Part shown: piece by piece, positions 1 through 8,947 of the stretch
Layout of the letters: each line of letters opens with the position of its first letter
Numbering within the stretch: the stretch's first letter is position 1
Source: an uncultured Sphingomonadaceae bacterium
Lineage (GTDB): Bacteria; Pseudomonadota; Alphaproteobacteria; Sphingomonadales; Sphingomonadaceae
Direction: 5' to 3'
DNA length: 64,000 bases
Assembly: GCA_947499255.1 (NCBI GenBank)
Contig: CANMNF010000002.1
Coordinates: forward strand, 72,430 to 136,429
The notes under the pieces: generated by a model
Seen by the model: the letters and a program-made list of their open reading frames with translations, nothing else
Databases searched by the model: none
Told to the model about the DNA's origin: nothing
Made by a program: the position numbers and the translations under genes

Positions 1-684
1 GCTGGCGGCCAGAACCGCGCTGGCTCCGCCTTTGGTAACGCCTTCGACAAGGTGATCAAGCGTGCCCACACCGCCGCTGGCAACCACTGGCACGCTGACT
101 TCATCGGCAATTGCGCGGGTCAAAGCGAGATCATATCCTGCCTTGGTGCCATCGCCATCCATGGAAGTGACAAGCAATTCGCCTGCGCCCAATTCCGCAA
201 CCTTTTTGGCATATTCCACCGCATCAATACCGGTCGGCTTGCGGCCACCATGCGTGAAAATTTCCCACCTGCCCTCGGCCACACGCCGCGCATCAACGCT
301 GGCGACAGCGCATTGGCTGCCCATCCTGTCAGCGATTTCGGCCATCAATTCAGGCCGCGCGACAGCGGCGGAGTTTACCGCAACCTTGTCTGCGCCAGCG
401 AGCAACAGCGCGCGCGCATCGTCAACACTGCGCACCCCGCCGCCCACGGTGACAGGCATAAAGCACACCTCAGCTGTACGGCGCACGATATCGAGCAAAG
501 TGCCGCGCCCTTCATGACTGGCCGAAATATCGAGAAAGCACAGCTCATCCGCGCCGGCCGTATCATAGGCCTGCGCCTGCTCAACCGGATCGCCAGCGTC
601 CTTGAGGTCAACAAAATTGACGCCTTTGACAACGCGCCCATCGGCAACATCAAGGCAGGGGATGACGCGGATACGGACGGTCAT
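1..684 (-). CDS. hisF: imidazole glycerol phosphate synthase cyclase subunit HisF (C-terminal end runs off window)
   Basis: Absent from the ORF track because its stop lies outside the window. Manual translation from ATG at 684 gives [41 protein letters not shown]...[12 protein letters not shown]..., a classic HisF N-terminus. Same strand as hisA/hisH/hisB. Confidence 0.93.
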   Translation of the reverse strand, partial: MTVRIRVIPCLDVADGRVVKGVNFVDLKDAGDPVEQAQAYDTAGADELCFLDISASHEGRGTLLDIVRRTAEVCFMPVTVGGGVRSVDDARALLLAGADKVAVNSAAVARPELMAEIADRMGSQCAVASVDARRVAEGRWEIFTHGGRKPTGIDAVEYAKKVAELGAGELLVTSMDGDGTKAGYDLALTRAIADEVSVPVVASGGVGTLDHLVEGVTKGGASAVLAAS

Positions 685-896
685 CCTTCAAGAGCCCAGA
701 TATATATACCAATCGCTGCCACGAGGTAGAGGATCAACAGTAGCGCTCCTGTGATGTAGAAGCCCTTCGGATTCTTGGACTTTGATATCCTTGGAAGGAA
801 AACCATCTTAATCTCGCCGGACCGCTCGGCATCAACAAGACGCAAGGCCAACAGGCCAAAAATCACCAACGCAACCAGAAACGGCACAGGTTCCAT
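681..896 (-). CDS. small hydrophobic protein (about 71 aa, about 2 TM segments) between hisA and hisF
   Basis: ORF 681..899. ATG at 896 overlaps the hisA stop (TGATG) and its stop overlaps the hisF start (ATGA). [20 protein letters not shown]...[20 protein letters not shown] is strongly hydrophobic. No family recognised. Confidence 0.55.
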   Translation of the reverse strand: MEPVPFLVALVIFGLLALRLVDAERSGEIKMVFLPRISKSKNPKGFYITGALLLILYLVAAIGIYIWALEG

Positions 897-1624
897 CACG
901 CCTTCCCCGCCATCGCAATCGCGGTCGCCAGATCGAGCTTGCCTTCATAGAGCGCCCGGCCAGTGATCACGCCTTCGATGCCTTCTTCTGCATGGATCGC
1001 AAGCATACGGATATCGTCCAGCCCTTTCACCCCGCCGCTTGCGATCACGGGGATATCGACGCTGCGCGCCAGCTCTACCGTGGCATCAACATTGCAGCCT
1101 TTTAGCAGACCATCGCGGCCAATATCGGTGAACAGCAGGCTGGCAACGCCTGCATCTTCAAACCGCCGCGCCAGATCATGCACAGGCACATCGGATACCT
1201 CGGCCCAGCCTTCTGTCGCCACCATGCCATCGCGCGCATCAACTGCGACGACGATCCCGTTTTCCCATTCTCTTGCCATGTCCTTGACGAATTCGGGATC
1301 CTTCAAAGCGGCAGATCCCATCACCACGCGCGCCACGCCAAGGTTAAACCAGCCTTCGACCGTCGCCGCATCGCGAATGCCGCCGCCCAGCTGTACATAG
1401 CCGGGAAACGCCTCCACAATCGCTTCAACAGCTTCGCGGTTTTCCGTTCGGCCTGCAAAAGAGCCATCCAGATCCACCACATGCAAATGCTGCGCGCCAG
1501 CATCAGCAAATAGCATCGCTTGGGCTGCAGGATTGTCGCCATAGACGGTTGCGCGGTCCATATCGCCTTCGGCAAGGCGCACGACTTCGCCGGCTTTCAA
1601 ATCGATGGCGGGAAAGACGATCAT
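896..1624 (-). CDS. hisA: 1-(5-phosphoribosyl)-5-[(5-phosphoribosylamino)methylideneamino]imidazole-4-carboxamide isomerase HisA
   Basis: ORF 896..1756. The internal ATG at 1624 gives MIVFPAIDLKAGEVVRL..., the typical HisA start; upstream residues look like read-through. Lies between hisH and hisF. Confidence 0.92.
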   Translation of the reverse strand: MIVFPAIDLKAGEVVRLAEGDMDRATVYGDNPAAQAMLFADAGAQHLHVVDLDGSFAGRTENREAVEAIVEAFPGYVQLGGGIRDAATVEGWFNLGVARVVMGSAALKDPEFVKDMAREWENGIVVAVDARDGMVATEGWAEVSDVPVHDLARRFEDAGVASLLFTDIGRDGLLKGCNVDATVELARSVDIPVIASGGVKGLDDIRMLAIHAEEGIEGVITGRALYEGKLDLATAIAMAGKA

Positions 1625-1634
1625 GTTGAAATTC

Positions 1635-2264
1635 TCACGGTTGCCAGTCCAGAAAACGTTTGAGCAATTCGATGCCGTAGCCTTGGCTTTTTTCCGGGTG
1701 GAATTGCACACCGATAATATTGCCCCGCGCAATCGCGGCGACAAGGCCGCCACCATGATCGGTCATCGCGGCAATATCGCGGCCATCTTCGGGTTGAAAG
1801 TGGTAAGAATGGAGGAAATACGCCTCGCCTTCCTCAAGCAGATCATGATCGCCATGATGAGGCGTCAACTGTACATCGTTCCAGCCCATATGCGGCACAC
1901 AGATCGCCGGATCGGTGCGCTCAATCAGCTTTACCTCACCCGGTATCCAGTCAAGACCGGGGCATTCCCCATGCTCCAACCCGCGCGTGGCGAGCAATTG
2001 CAGGCCAACACAAATGCCAAGGAACGGCACGCCATCTTTCAGCACCCGCTCCTCCAGCGCCTCAACCATGCCGGGAATACCCGTCAGCCCTTCATAACAG
2101 GCACGAAAACTGCCTACGCCGGGCAAGACTATGCGCTGCGCCCCGCGTACTATCTCAGGATCGGCTGTCACCGCGACTGCCTCAGCCCCCGCAGCACCAA
2201 GCGCATTCTTTACCGAGTGCAGATTGCCTGCCCCGTAATCGATAAGCGCAATAGCCTCGGTCAT
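1635..2264 (-). CDS. hisH: imidazole glycerol phosphate synthase glutamine amidotransferase subunit HisH
   Basis: ORF 1635..2285. IALIDYGAGNLHSV and ICVGLQLL (Cys nucleophile) motifs. ATG at 2264 gives MTEAIALIDYG; ATG at 2285 is also possible. Confidence 0.92.
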   Translation of the reverse strand: MTEAIALIDYGAGNLHSVKNALGAAGAEAVAVTADPEIVRGAQRIVLPGVGSFRACYEGLTGIPGMVEALEERVLKDGVPFLGICVGLQLLATRGLEHGECPGLDWIPGEVKLIERTDPAICVPHMGWNDVQLTPHHGDHDLLEEGEAYFLHSYHFQPEDGRDIAAMTDHGGGLVAAIARGNIIGVQFHPEKSQGYGIELLKRFLDWQP

Positions 2265-2387
2265 ATTAGTTTTTGCCACGCCCATCCGGGCGCGCGATCC
2301 TCGGTGCTGATCCCTGCGCCCTTCGGGCTGCGGGGCACCTGTGGGCGGGCGGTCGCCCTTGCGGCCCTGCAGGCCGTTCGGGTGAGT

Positions 2388-2981
2388 TTAGCCACCAAGC
2401 TGACCCTTGGTGCTTGGCACCGCGCCGCCTTTGCGCGCGTCAAGTTCCACCGCTTGGCGCATCGCGCGCGCAAAACCTTTGTAAAGCCCTTCGCAAATAT
2501 GGTGATTGTTGGTGCCATACAGCACCTGCGCATGCAGCGTCAGCTCCGCCGCCTGCGAAACCGAATGGAACCAGTGCTCGATCAGCTCTGTATCCCACTC
2601 GCCCAGTTTTTCCTGCGTAAAGCGCGCTTTCCACACAAGGTATGGCCGCCCGGAAATATCCAGCACAACACGGATCAGCGCTTCATCCATGGGAGAATGC
2701 GCTTCGCCATAACGGCCAATGCCAGCCTTATCGCCCAAAGCCTGCGCCAATGCCTGCCCCAGCGCAATCGCGCTGTCTTCTGTCGTGTGGTGTTGATCGA
2801 TATGCAGATCGCCTTTGACCTGCATAGTCACATCAATCAGCGAATGGCGACTAAACTGTTCGACCATATGATCGAGAAAGCCGATCCCTGTCGCAATATC
2901 ATAGACGCCTGTTCCATCGAGATTGACCTCGACGAAAATATCGGTCTCTGCCGTTTTTCGTTCAATTTTGCCCGTGCGCAT
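2388..2981 (-). CDS. hisB: imidazoleglycerol-phosphate dehydratase HisB
   Basis: 197 aa. RKTAETDI...GIGFLDHM...[12 protein letters not shown]... are IGPD signature regions. Confidence 0.94.
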   Translation of the reverse strand: MRTGKIERKTAETDIFVEVNLDGTGVYDIATGIGFLDHMVEQFSRHSLIDVTMQVKGDLHIDQHHTTEDSAIALGQALAQALGDKAGIGRYGEAHSPMDEALIRVVLDISGRPYLVWKARFTQEKLGEWDTELIEHWFHSVSQAAELTLHAQVLYGTNNHHICEGLYKGFARAMRQAVELDARKGGAVPSTKGQLGG

Positions 2982-3089
2982 GGCCGTTGCCTATAAGCAC
3001 CTTGCCATATCGTGCAAGCCATGCGCCGGGGATGATGGTGACTTTCGTCTTGACCAACACCCCGGTGATAGCCACCTAACCTGAAATAT

Positions 3090-3617
3090 ATGAGCGAGGA
3101 AACACCAGATAGCCTGATCCCGTATGACGAGATCGTGCAAGAAGCCTTGAGGGCGGTGGTTGGCCGTGTGCTGGGATCTGTTGTGGAATCCGGTGGCACG
3201 CTGCCGGGTACCCATCATTTCTACATCACTTTCAAGACAACCGCGCCCGGCGTGGATATTCCCAAAGCGCTGCACGAACGGTTTCCTGATGAGATGACGA
3301 TCGTCTTGCAGAACAAGTTCTGGGATCTTGCGGTAACAGATGACGGCTTTACCGTTGGCCTGAGCTTCAATCAGGTGCCATCCAAGCTTGATATTCCATT
3401 TTCCGCCATCACCGCTTTCGTTGATCCGGCAGTAGATTTCGGGCTGCAATTTCAGGCCGCAAATGATCAGACCGCTAAAGGCGAGGCTGAAGCTGATGAT
3501 CTTGACGATGCCAAAAGCGCCAGCACGCCAGCAGCGGAACGTCCCAATGTCGAAGACGTTGCAACCAGTGAAGACGGTTCCAATGTTGTAACGGTCGATT
3601 TCGGGCGCAAGAAGTAA
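3090..3617 (+). CDS. sspB: SspB-alpha-like ClpXP adaptor (stringent starvation protein B family)
   Basis: PGTHHFYITFKTTAPGVDIP...FPDEMTIVLQNKFWDLAVTDDGF closely resembles my recollection of alphaproteobacterial SspB. Acidic C-terminal tail. Confidence 0.8.
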   Translation: MSEETPDSLIPYDEIVQEALRAVVGRVLGSVVESGGTLPGTHHFYITFKTTAPGVDIPKALHERFPDEMTIVLQNKFWDLAVTDDGFTVGLSFNQVPSKLDIPFSAITAFVDPAVDFGLQFQAANDQTAKGEAEADDLDDAKSASTPAAERPNVEDVATSEDGSNVVTVDFGRKK

Positions 3618-3643
3618 GCGCCACACAAATAAAGGCGTGAGCA

Positions 3644-4027
3644 ATGGCGAAAAAGCCTACTGATCCCAAGAGTGATCAAACCGTCAGTCAGGCAATGGCT
3701 GATCCCGAGCAGCATCCCCAAAGCAATTTGATGCTGGCCGATATTGCCATGCGCATGGGCACGTCTGTCTTGCGCAAAGGCGTGGAAAGCATGTTTTTAC
3801 GCGGTCAGTATGGCAAAGACACCGCCAAAGCGCTGGTAAAAGAACGCAGCCTTCGCCGCACGGTGGCCTCAACCGTGATTGCCAAAGTTGGTACCAAATC
3901 CATTCCCGGCGCTGCGATTGTTGGCGGCGGGTTGGTGATCAAAACATTGTTTGATCGCAGCAAAGGGCGTCAAACCGCGCGCAAACGGGCCAAAATGAAA
4001 GCGCTTAACAACCCTGGCGAGGAATAG
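3644..4027 (+). CDS. hypothetical protein (127 aa, basic C-terminus)
   Basis: ATG ORF 26 bp after sspB on the same strand. Coding-like composition. No family recognised. Confidence 0.5.
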   Translation: MAKKPTDPKSDQTVSQAMADPEQHPQSNLMLADIAMRMGTSVLRKGVESMFLRGQYGKDTAKALVKERSLRRTVASTVIAKVGTKSIPGAAIVGGGLVIKTLFDRSKGRQTARKRAKMKALNNPGEE

Positions 4028-4095
4028 AAGCTGCACATGCGGGTTACGTGCGTATTCGGGTTGATTGTCAGGCCGCGCTTGGGCCAATAGCGGGC

Positions 4096-4749
4096 ATGGC
4101 CAATCCCGTTTCCAACATTTCCGGACATGTTCTGCCCCGCCGGGGGCTGATGTTTATTCTCAGCTCGCCTTCGGGCACGGGCAAAACCACAATTGCGAAA
4201 AAGCTGCTGGCCGATGACGATAACCTTGCCTTATCGGTCAGCGCCACAACCCGCCCGATGCGCAAAGGCGAAGTGGATGGGCGCGATTATCACTTCATCG
4301 ACCGCGCTCATTTTGATGCGATGGTGGCGGATGACGCCTTCCTGGAATGGGCGGAAGTTTTCGGCAATTGTTATGGCACGCCGCGCGGCGCGGTTTCTGA
4401 TGGTTTGGAAGCGGGCCGCGATTATCTGTTCGATGTCGATTGGCAAGGCGCACAGCAGCTAAGCCAGAGGGCGCGCGAAGATGTCGTCTCGGTCTTTCTC
4501 CTGCCGCCGAGTATAGCCGAGCTTGAAGGTCGCCTGCGTGGGCGCGGCACCGATAATGATGCAGTGATTGAAGGCCGCATGGCCCGCGCGCGCGATGAGA
4601 TCAGCCATTGGGACGGGTATGATTATATCGTGATCAATGATGATCTGGATGCGTGTTTTGAACGTGTACGCACCATCCTTCAGGCCGAACGTCTCACCCG
4701 CAAGCGGCAAACAGGCTTGATCGAATTTACCCGCGAATTGATGCGTTAA
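4096..4749 (+). CDS. gmk: guanylate kinase
   Basis: ORF 4048..4749. ATG at 4096. P-loop SSPSGTGKTT, followed by ATTRPMRKGEVDGRDYHF. Confidence 0.92.
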   Translation: MANPVSNISGHVLPRRGLMFILSSPSGTGKTTIAKKLLADDDNLALSVSATTRPMRKGEVDGRDYHFIDRAHFDAMVADDAFLEWAEVFGNCYGTPRGAVSDGLEAGRDYLFDVDWQGAQQLSQRAREDVVSVFLLPPSIAELEGRLRGRGTDNDAVIEGRMARARDEISHWDGYDYIVINDDLDACFERVRTILQAERLTRKRQTGLIEFTRELMR

Positions 4750-7157
4750 AACCCGCGTGACCAGCGGATCGCTAAACCAGCATCATCGCGCAGCGTCGCA
4801 TAATGGCCCGGATCGCGGCGGTAGAACACGCTAGCTCCCGCATATCCGCCCAGCATTGGCCCGCGCCATGCCAGCTCTCCAGTGATCTCCTGTCCATCGG
4901 GCGTAAGGCTGATAGGTACGCGGCCATATTCCGGTGTTAGAGTGGTGTAATTGAACGCGGTGGGCAGTAGCAGTGCCAAAGCTCCGCCTTCCACGCGCAG
5001 CGGTTGAGACAAGCGCAGTGCCAGCGCATCTTCGCTCATCAAGACGCCGCTCCGGGACACATCCACCGCCCATGCGCGGCTGCGCAATCGTGCATCATTG
5101 GCCACCAAAGTTGCCGCTCTTGGCCGGGTAAAACCTTCGCGCCAACTTACGCCAAGCCGCCATGCGCCCGCCGGCCTCCATGCAATGTCAGCATCCAGAA
5201 AAAGGCTGTCAGCACCGGCAAGGCCAAGCCCTTCGTGGAAACGCGCGCCCAGCACGCTTTCACCTTCCGCCAGCCATTCAAAACCCGCGGCCAGTTCAAA
5301 TTCGCCCAGCGTACGGTCCAGCGAAAGGCCCATTCGGGTCAGCCGCTGCGCATCACTGATCGCGCGCAAGGTATTGAATTGCTGTGTGTCACGCGCGCCA
5401 GCAATTCTGCCGCTTTCGGCCGAGATATTCACACCCCACGTGCCCAATTGGTGCCGCATGGCCACCGCTGCATCTGTTTGGTTGTACAAGCCATTGGCCC
5501 CGGACGCGCCGCCCGCGATCATGAACGCTGGACGATCAGCCCCGCGCAAACTCGTCACAAGGCCATTGCCGCTGGTGGCATAACCAAAGGCAAGCTTTGT
5601 TTCGGGGGCAAGTTGCAAGGCAATTTGCGCCGCCAAAACCTTGGCTTGCTTCTCTTCTTCAAAAGAAAGCCGCAAAGGTGCCCGCTCCCCGCGATTATCA
5701 ATGGAGAAGGCAAGGCTGGCGCGCGGGGTTGAGCCGGACAGATGCCTGCTGGTCGATGCGAGCGCGCCATGCAGCAATTGCCGGGGCGCTGCGCCGCGCA
5801 ATGTGCCGCCAAGATCGGTGGAGAAAGCGCGGTTATACCGGTCTGTGATCAGCGTGGGGATCGATAGGGTAGACAGTGCATCGCCCATCGCGGGCGATCC
5901 GGTGCCCGTTATATCGCCGGGTGTAAAAACCGTGCTTGATCCTGCAATGCTGGTATTGCCGATGGGGCGAAATGCCGCCGCGATATCCAGAATGCCGCGG
6001 CCAAACACAGCATCTTCACCCGTTTCACCAGCGTCAAAAGCGGACTCCAGCAAAATCTCGGCAATTTCGCGGCCCGTCAGATTGGGGAAAGCCTGCGCCA
6101 GCAAAGCGGCGGCACCTGATACTTGGGGCGTGGCAAAGCTGGTGCCGGAATACAGAAAAATGAAACCTTCATCATCGAGAAACAACTCACCATCTTCATA
6201 CACACAGCAGACCAGTTGGCCGCGCGCTGACAGATAGGATTGCGATTGTGCGCCGGGCCTGTTGCTGAAATCAGAGGCGTTGTAATTCTTATCCACCGAC
6301 CCCACGATCAGCACACCGCCATCACCTGCCGTCACCAATTGGCTGGCAAAGCCGTCCAGACTGTCCAATTGTTGGTTTCCAGCGGCAACGACAATGACTG
6401 CTCCGGCATCAACAGCTCCGCGCACCGCATTGAGCACACGCGGCGTTGTGCCGCCTCCGCCGCCAAGAGAGAGATTGATCACTTTCGCGCCGTTATTGAC
6501 CGCATGATTTATGCTGTCGGCAATGGTTGTATCGAGGAAAGCGCAGCCTTCACCTGCAACGGTATTATCGCCGGTGGCGCACGATCCCGGCTCATCCCCG
6601 CGAATGGCCAGAATGGTCGAATCCCATGCGATGCCAAGCACGCCTGTATTATCGCGCGCGGCCGCAGCAGCAAGCGCAACCAGCGTTCCGTGATCGTCTG
6701 GCCCCTCCAAACTGCGGGTGCCGAAGATATCGATAGAATTGGGTGAAATGCGTCCAGCGAATTCCGGGCTATCGATATCGATACCGGTATCAATGATCGC
6801 AATGGTAACGCCATCACCTGTTGCCCCTTGCGCCCATGCAGATGCTGCATTGTGCTGTGCAGAACCATCAGAAAGGCGAAACTCACGCGTGTTGAACTGC
6901 GCAGGCGCTGGCTCAACGGCAAAGCCTGCCGGGCCGGGGGTAGGTGTGGGCGCTGGCGTGGGCGCTGGTAGAGCAGGTGTGGGAGTTGGCGTTGGTAATG
7001 GCGTTGGCGTTGATCCACCAACCGGAGGAGCAGGTGTGCTGCCAACACCGCCACTGCCCCCGCCACATGCGGCCAGCGCAATCACCACAACACCTGTTAC
7101 AGCCATTCGCCAGCTAGCCTGCGCGCAATCTATAAGACCTGATCTACCAACAGTCAT
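4746..7157 (-). CDS. S8 (subtilisin-family) serine protease with lipoprotein-type signal, Pro/Thr linker and C-terminal autotransporter beta-barrel
   Basis: ORF 4746..7493. Likely ATG at 7157 (MTVGRS...VVVIALAACGG). Catalytic motifs IAIIDTGID (Asp), DDHGT (His) and SGTSFATP (Ser). TPTPLPTPTPTP linker. About 300-aa C-terminal region ends ...AIRWSRGF (aromatic terminus). Confidence 0.85.
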   Translation of the reverse strand: MTVGRSGLIDCAQASWRMAVTGVVVIALAACGGGSGGVGSTPAPPVGGSTPTPLPTPTPTPALPAPTPAPTPTPGPAGFAVEPAPAQFNTREFRLSDGSAQHNAASAWAQGATGDGVTIAIIDTGIDIDSPEFAGRISPNSIDIFGTRSLEGPDDHGTLVALAAAAARDNTGVLGIAWDSTILAIRGDEPGSCATGDNTVAGEGCAFLDTTIADSINHAVNNGAKVINLSLGGGGGTTPRVLNAVRGAVDAGAVIVVAAGNQQLDSLDGFASQLVTAGDGGVLIVGSVDKNYNASDFSNRPGAQSQSYLSARGQLVCCVYEDGELFLDDEGFIFLYSGTSFATPQVSGAAALLAQAFPNLTGREIAEILLESAFDAGETGEDAVFGRGILDIAAAFRPIGNTSIAGSSTVFTPGDITGTGSPAMGDALSTLSIPTLITDRYNRAFSTDLGGTLRGAAPRQLLHGALASTSRHLSGSTPRASLAFSIDNRGERAPLRLSFEEEKQAKVLAAQIALQLAPETKLAFGYATSGNGLVTSLRGADRPAFMIAGGASGANGLYNQTDAAVAMRHQLGTWGVNISAESGRIAGARDTQQFNTLRAISDAQRLTRMGLSLDRTLGEFELAAGFEWLAEGESVLGARFHEGLGLAGADSLFLDADIAWRPAGAWRLGVSWREGFTRPRAATLVANDARLRSRAWAVDVSRSGVLMSEDALALRLSQPLRVEGGALALLLPTAFNYTTLTPEYGRVPISLTPDGQEITGELAWRGPMLGGYAGASVFYRRDPGHYATLRDDAGLAIRWSRGF

Positions 7158-7326
7158 CTTTTGGCTGTCATCCTTTGCTTTTGAGACAGGTTTGGCACGA
7201 AGCAGCCTAACTTTCCCTGAATGTCCTACTAAGCACCAAGTTGGGTAGCTTAGCCCTTGGACCTTGTACCTTGGCCATACTACCGCTAGCCGCGCTGCAA
7301 GAGAATTGCACAACAGGATTACACCA

Positions 7327-8166
7327 ATGTCGAACGAACTAGCTGCTGCCATCGAACATGCGTGGGAAAACCGCGCCGAAGTCACGCCTGATAGCGCCGA
7401 TGTGCGCGTCGCTGTGGAAGCGGCTTTAGGTCTTCTGGACAGCGGCACAGCGCGTGTAGCTGAGCCTGATGGCGATGGTGGTTGGCAAGTCAATCAATGG
7501 CTGAAAAAAGCCGTGCTGTTGTCGTTCCGCCTGAACGATAACGTAGTGGTCGAACACGGCTCTGCCGGAACGCCCGCTTTTGATAAAGTGCCCAGCAAAT
7601 TTGCCGGATGGGATGATGCCCGTTTTAGCGAAGCTGGCTTTCGCGTGGTGCCGGGCGCAGTGGTGCGCGAAGGCAGCTATATTGCGCGCAATGTCGTGCT
7701 TATGCCAAGCTTTGTGAATATCGGCGCGTTTGTCGATGAAGGCACGATGATCGACACATGGGCCACTGTCGGCTCATGCGCGCAGATCGGCAAAAATGTG
7801 CACATCTCTGGCGGTGCAGGCATTGGCGGCGTGTTAGAGCCTTTGCAGGCTGGCCCCGTAGTGATCGAAGACGGTGCCTTTATCGGGGCACGCGCCGAAG
7901 TTGCCGAAGGTGTTCGTGTTGGCAAAGGCGCGGTGCTTTCCATGGGTGTTTATCTGGGCGCATCGACCAAGATCGTGGACCGTGCCACCGGCGAAGTGCA
8001 TCGCGGTGAAGTGCCTCCCTATGCGGTGGTGGTGCCCGGCGCATTGCCAGGCAAGCCGCTTCCTGATGGTTCACAAGGCCCCTCGCTTTATTGTGCGGTG
8101 ATCGTAAAGACGGTGGATGCGCAAACACGTGCAAAAACAGGGATTAACGATCTCTTGCGCGATTGA
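7327..8166 (+). CDS. dapD: 2,3,4,5-tetrahydropyridine-2,6-dicarboxylate N-succinyltransferase
   Basis: ORF 7264..8166. ATG at 7327 ([16 protein letters not shown]). [13 protein letters not shown] plus hexapeptide repeats. Confidence 0.92.
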   Translation: MSNELAAAIEHAWENRAEVTPDSADVRVAVEAALGLLDSGTARVAEPDGDGGWQVNQWLKKAVLLSFRLNDNVVVEHGSAGTPAFDKVPSKFAGWDDARFSEAGFRVVPGAVVREGSYIARNVVLMPSFVNIGAFVDEGTMIDTWATVGSCAQIGKNVHISGGAGIGGVLEPLQAGPVVIEDGAFIGARAEVAEGVRVGKGAVLSMGVYLGASTKIVDRATGEVHRGEVPPYAVVVPGALPGKPLPDGSQGPSLYCAVIVKTVDAQTRAKTGINDLLRD

Positions 8167-8251
8167 TCGGCCCGCAAACGCTGGATCTTTACGGAACCGA
8201 TCCGTGTTTCCCTCGTCAATCAGGTGACAAACAAGACGGAAGGGAAGCTAT

Positions 8252-8410
8252 ATGTCCGATACTGACAAAGATGGTCGCATCCATATCGAAGATGATGACG
8301 CGATGGCCGGGGAATCAACTGGCCGCGTGCGCTATATCCTCGGGTTCAGCCTGTTGGCTGCAATCATTATCCTATCGATCATCTGGATGACAGGCGCGGT
8401 CAGCTTCTGA
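8252..8410 (+). CDS. small membrane protein candidate (52 aa)
   Basis: Below the ORF-track size cut-off. ATG preceded by GGAAGGGAAG. MSDTDKDGRIHIEDDDAMAGESTGRVRYILGFSLLAAIIILSIIWMTGAVSF has an acidic N-terminus plus one TM segment. Followed by a hairpin terminator. Confidence 0.4.
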   Translation: MSDTDKDGRIHIEDDDAMAGESTGRVRYILGFSLLAAIIILSIIWMTGAVSF

Positions 8411-8422
8411 TCTGCGTGTCTT

Positions 8423-8458
8423 CGCCGGGCAAAAATCGCCCGGCGGCATCCTTTTATT
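8423..8458 (+). terminator. rho-independent terminator candidate after dapD/small ORF
   Basis: Stem CGCCGGGC / GCCCGGCG with a 7-nt loop; a T-run (CTTTTATT) follows a few nt downstream. Confidence 0.5.
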
Positions 8459-8475
8459 GTCGAAACATTCAACTT

Positions 8476-8511
8476 CCTCCCGCGTCAAACCGCCCTCCCG
8501 CGTCAAATCGC
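8476..8511 (+). repeat. perfect-but-one 18-bp tandem duplication (CCTCCCGCGTCAAAYCGC x2) in the DUF2945 promoter region
   Basis: Read directly from the sequence. Preceded by GAAAC (8462..8466), giving GAAAC-N16-CGTC. Confidence 0.8.
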
Positions 8512-8526
8512 CAAGAAGAGAATGCA

Positions 8527-8751
8527 ATGAGCAACGAAAACAGTTTTCAAACCAATCAATATGTCAAATGGAACTGGGGCAATGGCGAAGCCTGCGGGCA
8601 GATCGAAGATCGTTTTGAACGCGAAGTCACCCGCACTCTCAAAGGTAGCGAAGTGACGCGCAATGGCAGCGAAGACAATCCAGCCTATCTGATCAAACAA
8701 GATGACGGCGATAAAGTGCTTAAGCTTGGCAGTGAGCTTGAGGCAAACTGA
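8527..8751 (+). CDS. DUF2945 (Hva1/TUDOR-like) small protein
   Basis: ORF 8416..8751. ATG at 8527. YVKWNWGNGEACGQI...GSEDNPAYLIKQDDG matches the DUF2945 pattern as I remember it. Confidence 0.75.
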   Translation: MSNENSFQTNQYVKWNWGNGEACGQIEDRFEREVTRTLKGSEVTRNGSEDNPAYLIKQDDGDKVLKLGSELEAN

Positions 8752-8753
8752 CT

Positions 8754-8942
8754 GTGCCTGACGCAAGAAGCAAATCGCAGCAACGGGCCGCAGGAGCGGC
8801 TCTGTCTGCCAAGCGCGGTGATACCAAAGTTGCCGATCTTAAAGGCGCGTCAAAAGGCATGTATGACACCATGTCTGAAGACGAGCTGGAAGACATGGCT
8901 TCAACCGCGCGCAAGGATTTGCCCGAAACAGCGCAAGACTGA
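8754..8942 (+). CDS. DUF3008 family small protein
   Basis: Starts 2 nt after the DUF2945 stop. SKSQQRAAGAALSAKRGD...LKGASKGMYDTMSEDELEDMA is typical of DUF3008. Confidence 0.7.
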   Translation: MPDARSKSQQRAAGAALSAKRGDTKVADLKGASKGMYDTMSEDELEDMASTARKDLPETAQD

Positions 8943-8947
8943 CCTGC

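Noticed and set aside
52-729. 225-aa plus-strand ORF at the window start
   Set aside because: It is antisense to a clean HisF reading frame, and its sequence is low-complexity and Arg/Ala-rich with no motif. This is a typical shadow ORF in high-GC DNA.
1605-2996. 463-aa plus-strand ORF spanning the hisH-hisB region
   Set aside because: It is antisense to two well-supported his genes and crosses their intergenic gap. Its composition (R/A/H-rich) is that of a GC-rich antisense frame.
7158-7493. N-terminal 112-codon extension of the S8 protease ORF
   Set aside because: It would run through the divergent dapD promoter and start region and lacks a signal peptide. The internal ATG at 7157 yields a proper lipoprotein signal.
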